Assembly: GCA_036172245.1 (NCBI GenBank)
Contig: JAYWIR010000006.1
Coordinates: 4,960,001 to 5,024,000, forward strand
DNA from: Raillietiella orientalis
Taxonomy: Eukaryota
Direction: 5' to 3'
Length of the DNA: 64,000 nucleotides
Of this stretch, positions 48,601 to 59,459 are shown one piece after another. A model generated the notes under the pieces. The model saw only the letters and a program-made list of their open reading frames with translations. It ran no database searches and was not told where the DNA came from. The first letter of the stretch is position 1. Each line of letters opens with the position of its first letter. Position numbers and translations under genes: made by a program.

Positions 48601-51403
48601 GCCAGCGGATTGAATGTGCACATTAGAATCCTAGCCACACTCCTCCAGTCGGCGTAGGTGATTCCATCCACCCCGGGGAAGGAGTTTTCTGAATTTCGCG
48701 GCAATGCCAATACTTCTTCCTGCAGGAAGGCAGTTCGCTCCAGGGAGGATATTTCCTCGGATCTTCCTAACAAGATTTTTCTCTGCGAGCTTACTACCAC
48801 ATTCACACTCTACTTCCAGCTCCCGATGGAAGTGCTTCTCGACAGCTTCTGGCTTGATACTGCATCTCTTGCCCTGTTGACCCACGATTACCCGAACAGC
48901 TCTTCTTCTGATCGCGTTATGCAGCTTCCGAACAGATGATTTATCTTGCAGGCCAATCCTCAGCTTCACTGCATGCTTAGCGTGCATTCTGGATCCTCAA
49001 GACGTAGCAAATTTTGCGCGCCAATGATTGGTAAGCAACGAAGAAGTCTTCCCGCTGCAGTTCCTCCTCCTCTACGAGTTTCTGCAAATAAACTCGCTTT
49101 TTTCCCTTACGGATTATCCCATCCGCGTCCTGCCGGTTCCTCGCCCGCAGCATCACTGAGTACCAACATCTGACTTTCAGGCACGCTCGCAAGGTTCGTT
49201 GCGTAGCACCTCTGACTCCACTTGCAGTCCCTGTTGTTTTTTGCACGAGATTCGCAGGAAAGCTGCGTCCACTTTCCTACCCAGACGAGAAGCGGCACTT
49301 CCCAAAGCTCTGCCTCATTCTCCTGGACCAAATTCGACTCCGGCTGCTTCCCGAGGCCCGTTTTTAGCATCAGACAACCGTGCGGAAACCGAGGTCTGAT
49401 GAAGACAAACGATAAGTCGCCGTGGTGGAAGACGGCTGACTGAATGATGGCTGGAGATAACGAGATTGCGAACGATCGTCTTCCCGCCAAAGGGGTATTT
49501 TAGTCAAGGCTCCCACGCGTTCCCGACTGTGGGAATTATTCACAAGCTGAAGAAAAATGTCCTATTCAAAGGTGCAGTAACGTTCGGAAAAGTATAAGGT
49601 GGACCCCGGGCACGAATTGGCAGAATGGAGAAGAAATGGGTCGACTGCTCACAGTGGAAAAGTACACTCTTCTGTAGTAATAATCCAAAATAAAATAGGG
49701 CGGAAAAAGAAAAAAAAATCCTTGCTCCCAGCAGGGAGATCATGTTGAATTCTTCCTGTTTTAAAGCTTACTTATTCCGCCCATACGCCTCTTCGTCAAC
49801 ACTGGCAACGACACCCTCGTGTTCGCATACTGAATTGCATAAAGGATTGCATTCTATTTTTCTTTAAAAAAAAAAAAAAAATCCTGCAGCAGTTAAAGAT
49901 TTCACGTTTTTTTTATCTGAGGAATCTCTGGTACTTCCGAGCTAAACTTTCTATTTACATCAGCTTGTCATAACATCATTCAAAGCCAAACCATTGGTTC
50001 AATTCGGATCAATGATCAAATTTTCATTTATTTCGTGATCACTACACGTAATCATCACCCAGTTCTCGTTTCTCTAAAGACCACAACTGATTCCTTGTCA
50101 ATGTAAGTACTGACCATTTTATTAGGGGAACAGCCAGATATTTCACGTCGTTTTTAGTATCACTTTTTAACCTGTACGTGTGTGCTTTTTATGTTTTCAA
50201 ATTAACTCGTTTCAAAAGCTTCAGGAAATTCCCGACTTCGGTGACGGCTCTTTCGCACTTAAGGCATCTGCACTTTTTTCCCTTAAAAGAAATGCAAATG
50301 CCTAAACTTAATTCTCCTATTCTTACGGTACTTTTTTTTCTTTTTTCTTTTTCATGCCTTTATTATTTGATGGCTCCTTGTTCATCGGAGTGATCCGAAA
50401 AAGAAAATTCTACAAAATCAATTCCTCCCTTTAAAAGTAAAAAATAAATGTATACATAAAGTTCCTTGCGATTTCCTATTTCACTCAAATTTCGTATTTG
50501 TCTTCACATGTGGCAACGATCCCCCATGCCAGTTACACACGATATTTAAGATTAGGTTCGCTATAATACATGGTCAGCTTAAAGAGCATACAGCAAGGAT
50601 ACATATATGTATACATATATAATTTCTGTTTCTTTCTGACATCTTTTAGGCAAATGTTGAAAACACCTCAATGTTGCAAATGTCGATTCTTATTCGAACT
50701 TTTGGTTCCAAGCGCTGATCCTACATAGGTTACACGCAAAGGACCAACAGAAAAAATTGCAGAGTTGGTAATCGTTCCCGGTCCCTAATTTGGGGCAACT
50801 TCGCTGTCGGCTGACTGGAACTCCCGTTTCTGTCCATGGGAATCCTGCAGACCACCGGAATTCTTGCGACTGCACGTAATGACATGCAACACGGATGCCA
50901 AAACACCGAGTCACTACGATCGTATCAATAAGTGCTAATGTACTCCAAGGGTGCCGATGCGTTTCGAAAAATCTGTGGAAAAAAAAAAAAAAAAATAGGA
51001 AAAAAAAATTTCACCGGGTAATTCATTTTTTTTTTTTTTTTTTTGCGTTCGTTGCCGATCTCCAGCTAAAAGATGAGATGCAAAGGAGTGACGATTTCCC
51101 CAGGTAACCGCAGACTTCAAAAACAGCGAAGGCGGACAAAAGCCACCAGTGAACGTAAGGAAACCGTTTCGAGTCAAAGTCTTACAAATCTGAGTCTGTG
51201 CAAAGTACTGAATCCGTCCCGAACTGAACGCCAAGTTCGGTAGCAGTGCATTTTTCGAGTGCGAAGGCTTTTCGTCTCGCTCGGGGCAATCCCATCGAGA
51301 AAGCGAAAGGGGGAAACGTGAAGGATCCCAACAACCCTCATTTCGCAGGGAAAGACATACCTGAGACCTTTGCTGACAACACCCTCTGGATGACTGCCTT
51401 CAT
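42663..51403 (-). CDS. DTD1: D-aminoacyl-tRNA deacylase 1, 4 coding exons, 153 aa
   Basis: Exons 51403-51361 (MKAVIQRVLSAKVS), 46343-46253 (VGEEVVSSIGRGLCVFVGISGSDEDRDLEHM), 44352-44117 (VRKILNVRLFEDDQGRRW...LCVSQFTL...GNKPDFHGAM...) and 42754-42663 (DGKFGAYMTVHIENDGPVTMTIESP...stop). All junctions are GT-AG and in phase (462 nt). SQFTL and NDGPVT motifs are intact. A further 3' exon cannot be excluded. Confidence 0.93.
42830..42960 (-). mobile_element. tRNA-derived SINE head in DTD1 intron 3
   Basis: Minus strand CGCGGTTTGAATCCCGCCC...GACGCCGAGAGATG...GGTTCGAGTTC...TTCGGGTGCCGCACTAGT. Confidence 0.65.
47560..49400 (-). mobile_element. Degenerate NeSL/Utopia-like RT remnant in DTD1 intron 1
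   Basis: RRRAVRVIVGQQGKRCSIKPEAVEKHF, FLQEEV...SFPGVDGITYADW, TVFIP, RRPIS and DSVNAFGTLP; multiple frameshifts. Confidence 0.75.
48113..48208. repeat. Perfect 44-bp tandem duplication
   Basis: TGGGGAAGACGTCCTCGGGACCTAGGCACGGTTCTTGGGGGCTT occurs twice, followed by a partial third copy. Confidence 0.9.
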
Positions 51404-51965
51404 GCTCACGTCTGCTGCAGCTCAGCCCACGCGCCTCTTCCCGGATGGAACCAACGGGAAAGTGCCGCCGCCGCTCCAGCCCACAACTGCCCGTTTGGCG
51501 AGCCCCGGCTCACCCCGGTGAAAAAAACTGGCCGTTTGGCTTGGTGGTTCGGTGAAGGAGAAGGAAAAATGCATGCTGCTTCCTTCTTGCTACGCGCGGC
51601 CGTCGGAGACGTGGAATTTTTCTGTTCCCCCTCCCCCTTGCATTTCGTTTCGTATCCTTTCGGAATACGCCGCGTAAGCGGTGTTTACGTTATCGTACAC
51701 ACTTCACGAACCCCATGAGTGCCCGTCCCCATGAGTGAAATCGGATTCCTCGAGGATGACCGCTACTGGAGTGTTTGGAAGTTCACTTGCCGGTTGTGTA
51801 CACCAATTAACGGCGTGTGTGTGTGCGCGCACGTTTGCGTGCTTTTCGAGGATTTCTCACGCGTTGTAAAGTTACCGCAGAGAAAGGAAATTAAGTTTTG
51901 CCAGAATGCCGTCTGAAAGACGTTCAGTTCCCACAAGACTCTTTGTTTGGATGATTTGATAGCAC
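51404..51965. promoter_or_regulatory. Putative bidirectional promoter and 5' UTR region between DTD1 and SIRT5
   Basis: 562 bp separate two divergent start codons; the interval is more CpG-rich than the AT-rich SIRT5/IFT46 block. Confidence 0.55.
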
Positions 51966-53064
51966 ATGGTCAGCACGTGTACCCCATTGGTTGAGCACTT
52001 TTTTTAGGCCCTGTCTCACCATGGGGCATGGTGGTTTTCAAGAGTAAAACTCACGGTTGCTAAATGCAACATAATGACAAGCTGTGAATACGCAGAATTC
52101 AAAGACGTTCTCAGAAAAGCTGCACACGTCGTGGTGATAACAGGTGCTGGTGTGTCTGCAGAATCAGGTATCCCAACATTCCGTGGTGATGGAGGACTAT
52201 GGCGAACCTACAAATCGGTGGATCTTGCAAGCCTGGAAGCATTTCACAGAAATCCCTCATTAGTCTGGGAGTTCTATCATTACAGACGTGAGCTTGTGCT
52301 GAGCAAGAAGCCCAATCCTGTAAGTATATGCATCTACTTTTGTGCATTTTGAATTTTCTGAGGCACACCTAGCGATTACAAAATGCCAAAAATGGCTTCA
52401 AGCAAGAGGAAGGCAACTAGCAATCTTAACACAGAACGTTGACGAAATGCATCAGAAAGCAGATTCATCCAATGTTATTGAATTACATGGTTCGTTATTC
52501 CAAACCAAATGCACAGGATGTCATAATATTCAAGCCAACCATGATAGCCCAATTTGTCCAGGCTTACAAGGAAGAGGGTATGAAGTAAAGCAGAGTCCTT
52601 TTATTTAAAATTTTACAGTGCACCAGATCCAAAAACTGAAGAAGCCCCAATTCCCAAAGATCTTCTTCCTTATTGCAGAAAATGTGGGAGTCTTCTGCGT
52701 CCAAATGTGATTTGGTTTGGAGAAAATCTGGATGTTAAAGTGCTGAATGAGGCATGTACGTAAAGAGTGATATTTCCTGTGAAAATCCCAAGGACCCTTC
52801 TTGCAGATGAACATCTGGAAAAATGTGATCTTTGTTTGGTGGTAGGCACATCTTCTGTTGTGTATCCTGCAGCCATGTTTGCTCCTCAAATTGCTTCTCG
52901 AGGGATACCTGTGGCTGAATTCAACACAGAAAAACAAGCTGCATGCGCCTCCTTTAGGTGGGTCACTCTCGCATTTGGTTCAGATAATGTGGCTGTTTTT
53001 TCTCAGATTTCATTTCTGTGGTCCTTGTGGAAAAATTCTTCCTGTGGCCCTCAGTCTGGATTAG
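51966..53064 (+). CDS. SIRT5: NAD-dependent protein deacylase sirtuin-5, 291 aa as modelled
   Basis: Exons 51966-51968 (ATG only, less certain), 52008-52319, 52363-52577, 52619-52755, 52807-52957 and 53007-53064 (876 nt, in phase); introns of 39, 43, 41, 51 and 49 nt. Motifs [24 protein letters not shown] (class III Tyr/Arg pair), [13 protein letters not shown], CxxC...Cxx[23 protein letters not shown] and FHFCGPCG. N-terminus resembles a transit peptide. Confidence 0.95.
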
Positions 53065-54494
53065 AAATGTATCTCTTGGCTTGTTTAAGATTAGAGTACA
53101 TCAGAAACAGAAGATGCAGTGCTTTTATTCTGGACTGATATATAGGAACGTCTAGGAGTCCTAAAATAATAAAAGTCACTTCTGTTTTGCAAAGCAGTGA
53201 ATGCCAGACCACAGATAATATCCACACAAGTAGCTAAATCACAATCCATCTCAGGTAGAGAGAAATGGGCATGTGATAAAAGATCTTCAAATGCTGCAGG
53301 CCAGGTCAACATCAAGGTATCCAAATCAGGCACTGGCCTAGCAATTTTGACACTGCATCTGCTCATTAGTATAATATTCTACTGAATACCTAGAATAATG
53401 TACAACATCAAGAGGTTTATCCTGATGCAGAGTTACAACATTCTGAATCCATTTTTCAATAACACGCTTTTCATTGTCCAGATCACAAATCATCTTAGTT
53501 GCCTATATGCCCTTTAATAAAAACAGAGAAGATTCAAGAATGCGTTCCATCACCATTGTCGTATTTGAGGCTCCTCTGGATAATCTTTTTGGCTCAAGAT
53601 CCAAATTATAAGAATCACTTTGCTTAAGAGAAGGTTCATCAATCTGAACCAAACCCAACATTTCATCTTCTCCATTTGGCTTAACAACTTTAATAAAAGG
53701 ATCTATGTCTCCAATAGCTGGAATGTAATCGGGAATAAATGGTTTCAGCTGCAGATCCATTTCTATATTACAGGGTGTATAACTATGATTAGCAGTATAT
53801 CTTCTTATGTCATACTTTTGCAGATAGTTACCTTGTTACATACTTAAGTAGATCCTTCATTTCATTAGATGCAAGTAAATGCTCATAATCTTTAGGGTTA
53901 TATGCACATCTGGAAACCGAAATCTGTAATTACAAAATCGACACACTGGTAATTAAATAATACTGTTGAATTTATTTAAAAACAAACTGCCAGGTACCAT
54001 TTTCTTAAAAAGGGCAAACTGTTTGTGCACACATGTGCAGGACCTACAGTTAATTCTAATAATTACTTAATGTAATTACATACTTCACTCATACAAATAT
54101 GGCACAAAAGTAAAACAATAGGTGTTGCATAATCCGTGAGCAAAAACACATTCTTAAGCAAGAGCTTATATGCTCTTATGGTGTCACGAACTTGGTGAAT
54201 GGTACATACAAGCATAAACCAAAACATTTCCACACGTTAACTGACTTTATAATGAAAACAGAACACAGAAAAGAAATTATTTTTCATTTAAAGCTACACA
54301 GAAATGCTGAATAAGAATTGCTATGAAAATATCAAACGTTCCATTCACTTTGGTAACTTGTGAAACATTATTTGTTAATTGTAGTACATTAAAATACTAG
54401 GCATTACCCTGTAGTTGTACTATCATCATCATCTTCATCCCATACCATTTCTGTGTACTGTTGCAAGTTAAGGTTTTCCATTAGAATTTACCAT
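53051..54494 (-). CDS. IFT46: Intraflagellar transport protein 46 homolog, 236 aa as modelled
   Basis: Exons 54494-54492 (ATG only, less certain), 54457-54408, 53909-53832, 53782-53554, 53502-53390, 53337-53210 and 53160-53051 (711 nt, in phase); introns of 34, 498, 49, 51, 52 and 49 nt. Motifs [13 protein letters not shown]...[36 protein letters not shown]...LH..KP, PDLDTLM..WP and [17 protein letters not shown]. Confidence 0.92.
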
Positions 54495-55129
54495 TGCTCA
54501 CGTTAATGAAAATTCGAACATTCAGAGACATGGAAGACTACCAATTTATTACTCGAACTCCGGGTTTGAAATTGTACGTTTAATTGGCAATCTAACAATC
54601 AAAATCAGAAATAAACAATTTTAATTTCCTTAATTTTGTCTTAAGGTACATAATGGTTGTTAAACCAAAACCATTCCAGTGCTTCCAGGAAGATTACGCA
54701 GGTGTACCATCTTGCCATTAATGGAAAAATTATCTTGAGAACTAGCATTAGAATTCTGAAAGCAAATATTCATACTTTAAACTTGTGATCATTAGTAGCA
54801 TTGCAAAGTTTATTATCATTCCCATTTTAAGACAATCAAAGGAACGTAGTTGGAAATTTTATGATGCTAGTTTGCACTCTCAATTTGTTGCTTTTTCCGG
54901 TCTTAAGATTGAGTTTTCCGGATACAGAAATGTATCTGGAATGCAAAAAATGTGATTTCAATGCAGGTTCAAGAATTGAGTACTTCATTGCCTTACAACA
55001 TTTCTCTAGGTGTGATAGAAATAATTCGTATGAAATAAGCGTACGTGGAAATGCAGGATTCAGAACTTTGATTATAAGATTTGAGAACACAATTACTGTC
55101 TCCTATTCTCTCGAAGATTTTGTAAGAGA

Positions 55130-55560
55130 CGTCGCCTGACCCTTCCCTCAGGACGTCGGCCTTGAGCTCGGGAAGGAATTTCCATAGCTGGTTGCGAGCC
55201 CCAGATCTCGGAGATGCCTTCCCAGCTTGCACGACGAGCGCAGCGCCTCTGTACGCACCTGACAGCTGCGTCATCCTCACCGTCCACCATTGGCCACCAT
55301 CGTCTCCGGTATTATCATCCGAGGACGCAGGGTGGTGACCTCCGCAAGAAGCTCTCCGATCTTCCCAGGATTTCAATTCTAGCCACAAGCCGATTCACCC
55401 CTTGCAGGAGCCAGCAGGTCGCTTGCCCTCGGGAGGCAGCTGACTGCAACCCGGACGTCTCCTGACGACGCCAGCCCAACTTTCCCCTGCCTCCTTCAGC
55501 ACGTGGCCATTGCCACGGGGTGCGGGGAATTCGGCAGCGTCCTCCCGGACTTCCAGGAGT
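55130..55560 (-). mobile_element. Degenerate L1/Tx1-like LINE C-terminal fragment
   Basis: Homologous to 23480-23900 (CTTCCCAGGATTTC, TGACAGCTGCGTCATCC). Confidence 0.55.
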
Positions 55561-55654
55561 GGAGGGCGGTTCTCGCCCGGTTGCTCCGGGACGTTTATTT
55601 AAAGCAAGCTGCAGGTGAGAAGGTAAGAAGAGTCCCCTTAAAAACCAGGTAACC

Positions 55655-56460
55655 GCCCGCGTCGGAGGCCTTGTGGTTAAGGCTTCCGCGTGTGGCACCA
55701 TGCGTCGCGGGTTCGAATACTTCGGCAGAAACTCTGACGCCACTGCGTTGTTGAGTTCCGAGTTTCTCCTGCAATGGCGCTAGTTGGCCGAGACATTCGG
55801 GCGTGGCACCGGAGGTGGATTAAGCCGGAGGCCCCCGATGAAGGCCGGAACAATGGGAGTCGACCTTTGGGTCCTCCCAGGAATCAAGGAGTGGGGAGTC
55901 CCCCCCTCCTGTCCTGCAACGGAGAGCGGACCCCCCCCACCGGGGGACCCTCCGAGTCGTCGCCTCTTCACAGAGTGCACAAGGAAGCGAGAGCGATTTC
56001 CTGCGGGAAGCTGCAGCGCCCCTTCTGAGTTTCGGAAGCGTCCCTTCGGGGTTCTCTTCAGAGGAGTGAATAAAGGAGCGGTTCCCTTGCGGGTCCCCTC
56101 AGGAGAAGAAATTCCTACAAGCGGATCCTTTCCGGGTTCCCTTCGGAGAAGTTGAAATGAAGTTGAAGTGGAGAGGACAGCCCCTCCCCATTGGTGGGGG
56201 GTGTCCCTCCGGAGAGAATGAGGAAGGAGATTCCCTTCGGGGTTCCCCTTCGGAGACAACCAGGGTGGGAGGTGCGATCCCCCCCGTCCGGGGGAATCCC
56301 TCCTCAAGCGTGAGAGGAACGGACTCCGAGCCCTTCCTGGATTCATAGGGCGGACCCCCATCCCGGGGTGCCCCCTATCCTGAAGAATTACACGTCCCCC
56401 TGCGGGTTGCCGCGGGCGGAGGGGCGTGGAAACAAAATAGTGTTTAATGTTTAAAAAAAA
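55655..56460 (+). mobile_element. Most complete tRNA-headed hairpin-array SINE copy, apparently within a LINE 3' UTR
   Basis: A-box-like AGGCCTTGTGG, B box GGTTCGAATAC, linker, about 8-10 consecutive stem-loops (several with CCCTTCGGG) and an A-rich tail at 56453-56460. Flanked by a LINE 3' terminus (55575-55600) and LINE body (56470-57460). Confidence 0.75.
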
Positions 56461-56469
56461 AGAGCCACG

Positions 56470-57460
56470 TGCGCCGCGAGGCACGCGACCGACTCTGAGG
56501 TACTTAGCGAACCAAAAAAAGGAAAACTCTTAAAAAAAAAAAAAAAAACTGAGAAGAAAGCGAATAAGAACAGCAAAGAAAAAGAAGAACCCAAGGATTT
56601 CCATCGCCCTAGGCCAATAGTAACGATCTCCTCGTGGAGGTCGCTACGGGCCTTTTTAAAAAAAAAAAAAAAAAGGATATGCCAAAGAAAAGTTCATCTG
56701 GGATGACTGCCGACACGCGTACCGGCTTCTAAAAAAATGAGGAGGACAGAGGGAGGGGACAATAAATAAATGAATAAAGACGGGAGGGAGGGGTAGGTTC
56801 CATCCTTTCTGGAAGAGGCGCTGGACGATGGCGAACTCTCTGACGACTACTGTGGAAGATGAGGCCACCTTGCTGCTGTCCTCATGAGGGCTCCTGCTGC
56901 CATGCTGGTGGCCCTCCTTCCGCCTCCACCCGTGACCCCAACTCCTGGCAAGTCATCACCATCATGCAACATCTCGTTGACATCGCAGCGCCTTTCAGCC
57001 CGTCTCCGGTGAAGAAGCGTCGCAACGAGTCCAAAGTGGGGGTCCTGCTGTCGATGGAGCGCCCAAAGCAGTTTCCGCCACATGTCCTCCGGGACACTGC
57101 AGTCCATACAGTTCTGGGAGCGGTTCCCTTGGAAAACAGGCATCCGAGATGATTAAACCGAAATCCCCGGTGCAGAAACACGAGGGCATCCCGTTTCCAC
57201 CGGAGCGGGAACACGGAGGTGTCCACAGACGGCGAAGGGACCACGAGTTCCTTTCGGAGTCACACCAAGCAGGTCACTCCATCAAAGGAGCCCCTCCGTC
57301 CAGAAATGAGTGGCGGCGTCCACCAACCAACCCGTCTTGCAGCCTTCCAGGAGTTTCCCGACCCCTGCCATCTCGTAGGAGAACTCCCGAGCGGCAGCTG
57401 TCGTCTCTCGCCCTGAGGGCAGACAGCTCTGCGGCAAGGGCTGTGACGGCTATCCGGGAC
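56470..57460 (-). mobile_element. L1/Tx1-like LINE 3' fragment; its terminus (55575-55650) is separated from it by the SINE
   Basis: FPLRWKRDALVFLHRG...NCMDCSVPEDMWRKLL resembles the C-terminus of the other copies; T-rich UTR. Confidence 0.6.
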
Positions 57461-57699
57461 CACTGAGTCTAATCCTGCAGGAGATCTCCCAGAGGGTTTT
57501 GCCAGGAGATTCCGCAACGGTCGCAGTTCCGCAGCCCAAACGCGCGTGCGGCAGGTGGAGCGCCGCTTCCGCTTGGGAGCAGACGCGGCTCGCTTGCAGC
57601 CACTGAGAGCGAATGAGGGCCGCTCCCAGTGACCATTCCCGGGTGTAGTTCATTGGAAATTCGAACTGTTTATTTTTCAATGATGATCGCTAAGCAGAC

Positions 57700-59400
57700 C
57701 AGGAGGCGTGGACAAGGGTTTTCCATCATCTTCCACCATCTTTGCACTGTTCCCTCGGTCAGTGGAAGTTCCAGTCCAGTTCATCGGCTGCAGGCGACCC
57801 GGCCCACTCGCCCAGCAGAGTTCATCCCGCCAAAGCATTCCAAGCTGCTACCCGACCTGCGACGGAGGAATCTTGCTTTGCCGTGCCTTCGGGAGAGGCA
57901 GTGAGCAATGCCAGGAGAGCAGGCGCTGGTTCCCCGTCTCGCCGCTAGAGGCCCATCCCGGCGTGGATGGGAGTGCGTGATCGTCATGGGATCCTTGGGC
58001 TAGCGAGATTCGGGACCTCGCAAGCAACGACTTAATGGGGAACTCGGGTCTCCAGGACAATTGAGTAGCCCACCGGGGCACAAACGGCACACGCTCGTGC
58101 AATGAACGCTGCTGGGACGAGGACAAAGGTCACTTGGCGACTCCGGGTCGTTTATTACCGAGAGAAAGAAATGGAAACAATAGAAGAAGCAGAAACAAGA
58201 ACGTAAATGGTAACAAAAGAAGGACATCAGTTCTTCGAGGTCTGCAAGAGCTCAAAATCGGTGGGTGAACCACCGGCTTGCAGGTCGATTGGAAAGAGGA
58301 AGGAAGGGATCGAAGGGAGGGAGGGGACAAGAAATATCTCTCCGCAGCAGAAGGGGTCCCCCCTCCTCGAAGGAGCTCTTGAACAGAATTCCATGCTCTG
58401 AAGCAAACTGAGTGGAGCCAGGAGGAAATGCAAAGATATCTGCATAGCGTTTCTTGATGTGGCGGATGCCTTCGATTCAGTCCCTTGCGCACTTTTGCTG
58501 AAGGCACTGAGCGAGGGTGGAGTGGGTGTGAGACCCACTCCATCCCTAATTCATGGCGTTCATTCAGAAACGCACATCCGGACAGGGAGGTGGTCTGCAT
58601 GTGCAACGAGCATTGGGGTTCGCGTCCTCTTAAGAGGGGTGAAGCAGGGTTGCCTACCTTTAAGCTCCCCTGCTTTCCGCTGTTGGAGTTGAGAGTCTCT
58701 TGCGGAAGATAGCGGAGTCTTTCGAGCGAGGCTGCTTGCGAGACGAGGAGCATGACTTGGTACTCTTCCCCCCTTCCCAAATCTAAAGTTGGTTTGCGCA
58801 CGCGTTGGAAGATACTGGAGCTATTCTGTACACAGGCTGGCCTTTCAATGGACCCACGGAACTGCCCTTCCTTGCACTTGGGGAGATGCTGCCATGAAGA
58901 GCCGAGACCGTGTTGTCTCAACTAAGGAACGAGACATCTCCCGAGACATCCTTGCGAATGCACGAGGGATACAAGTACTTAGGCAAGCCGGTCGGCTGGT
59001 GGTCCTTCTCGACAGAACCATCCAGACATCTGCTGCTGTCTGAAGCAGCTGGCATTGTCGACTCTACACCGGCTCCATGGCAGGAAAAAAAAAAAATGGA
59101 CGGCTTCCGCTTCCCATAAGAGACTTGCAATCCTCAGAAAGGCGTGATGGGTCTTCCTCAATCCAAAGAAGTGCCAACGCTTTCCTAGCAGGGTTGCCAA
59201 TGACCGCCCATACACCTACCGGACGAGAGACTACCTTTGCCCTTCCAACCCACCAGTGGGAGCCGACAACTTTCTCGCTGGCTGCTGTTTGAGACTGTTA
59301 GCGCATCCTCGGATCCGGCAGAGACTTTGGTCAACAATGTTCTGAAAAGGGGTAGCAGCAAGGAGGATTCCGGACATCGCCCTTGGGCGGCGATTTCCGC
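57700..59400 (+). mobile_element. Degenerate NeSL/Utopia-like RT remnant
   Basis: ISPQQKG...EGALEQNSML, ICIAFLDVADAFDSVP, RGVKQGC, GYKYLGKPVG and STPAPWQ; frameshifted. Confidence 0.78.
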
Positions 59401-59409
59401 AAGAGGCGT

Positions 59410-59459
59410 GTCTACAGCATCCGGGGTTCCCAAGCAGTCTCCCATCCAAGTACTAACCA
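59410..59459 (-). pseudogene. 5S rRNA 3'-half fragment
   Basis: Minus strand TGGTTAGTACTTGGATGGGAGACTGCTTGGGAACCCCGGATGCTGTAGAC matches the 3' ~50 nt of metazoan 5S rRNA (box C region to 3' end). The 5' half and oligo-T terminator are absent. Confidence 0.85.

Noticed and set aside
55850..56400. CRISPR array or ribozyme cluster in the hairpin-array body
   Set aside because: Units are degenerate, with no constant repeat and unique spacer pattern and no cas genes. I found no hammerhead (CTGAnGA...GAAA) or HDV-like core by eye.
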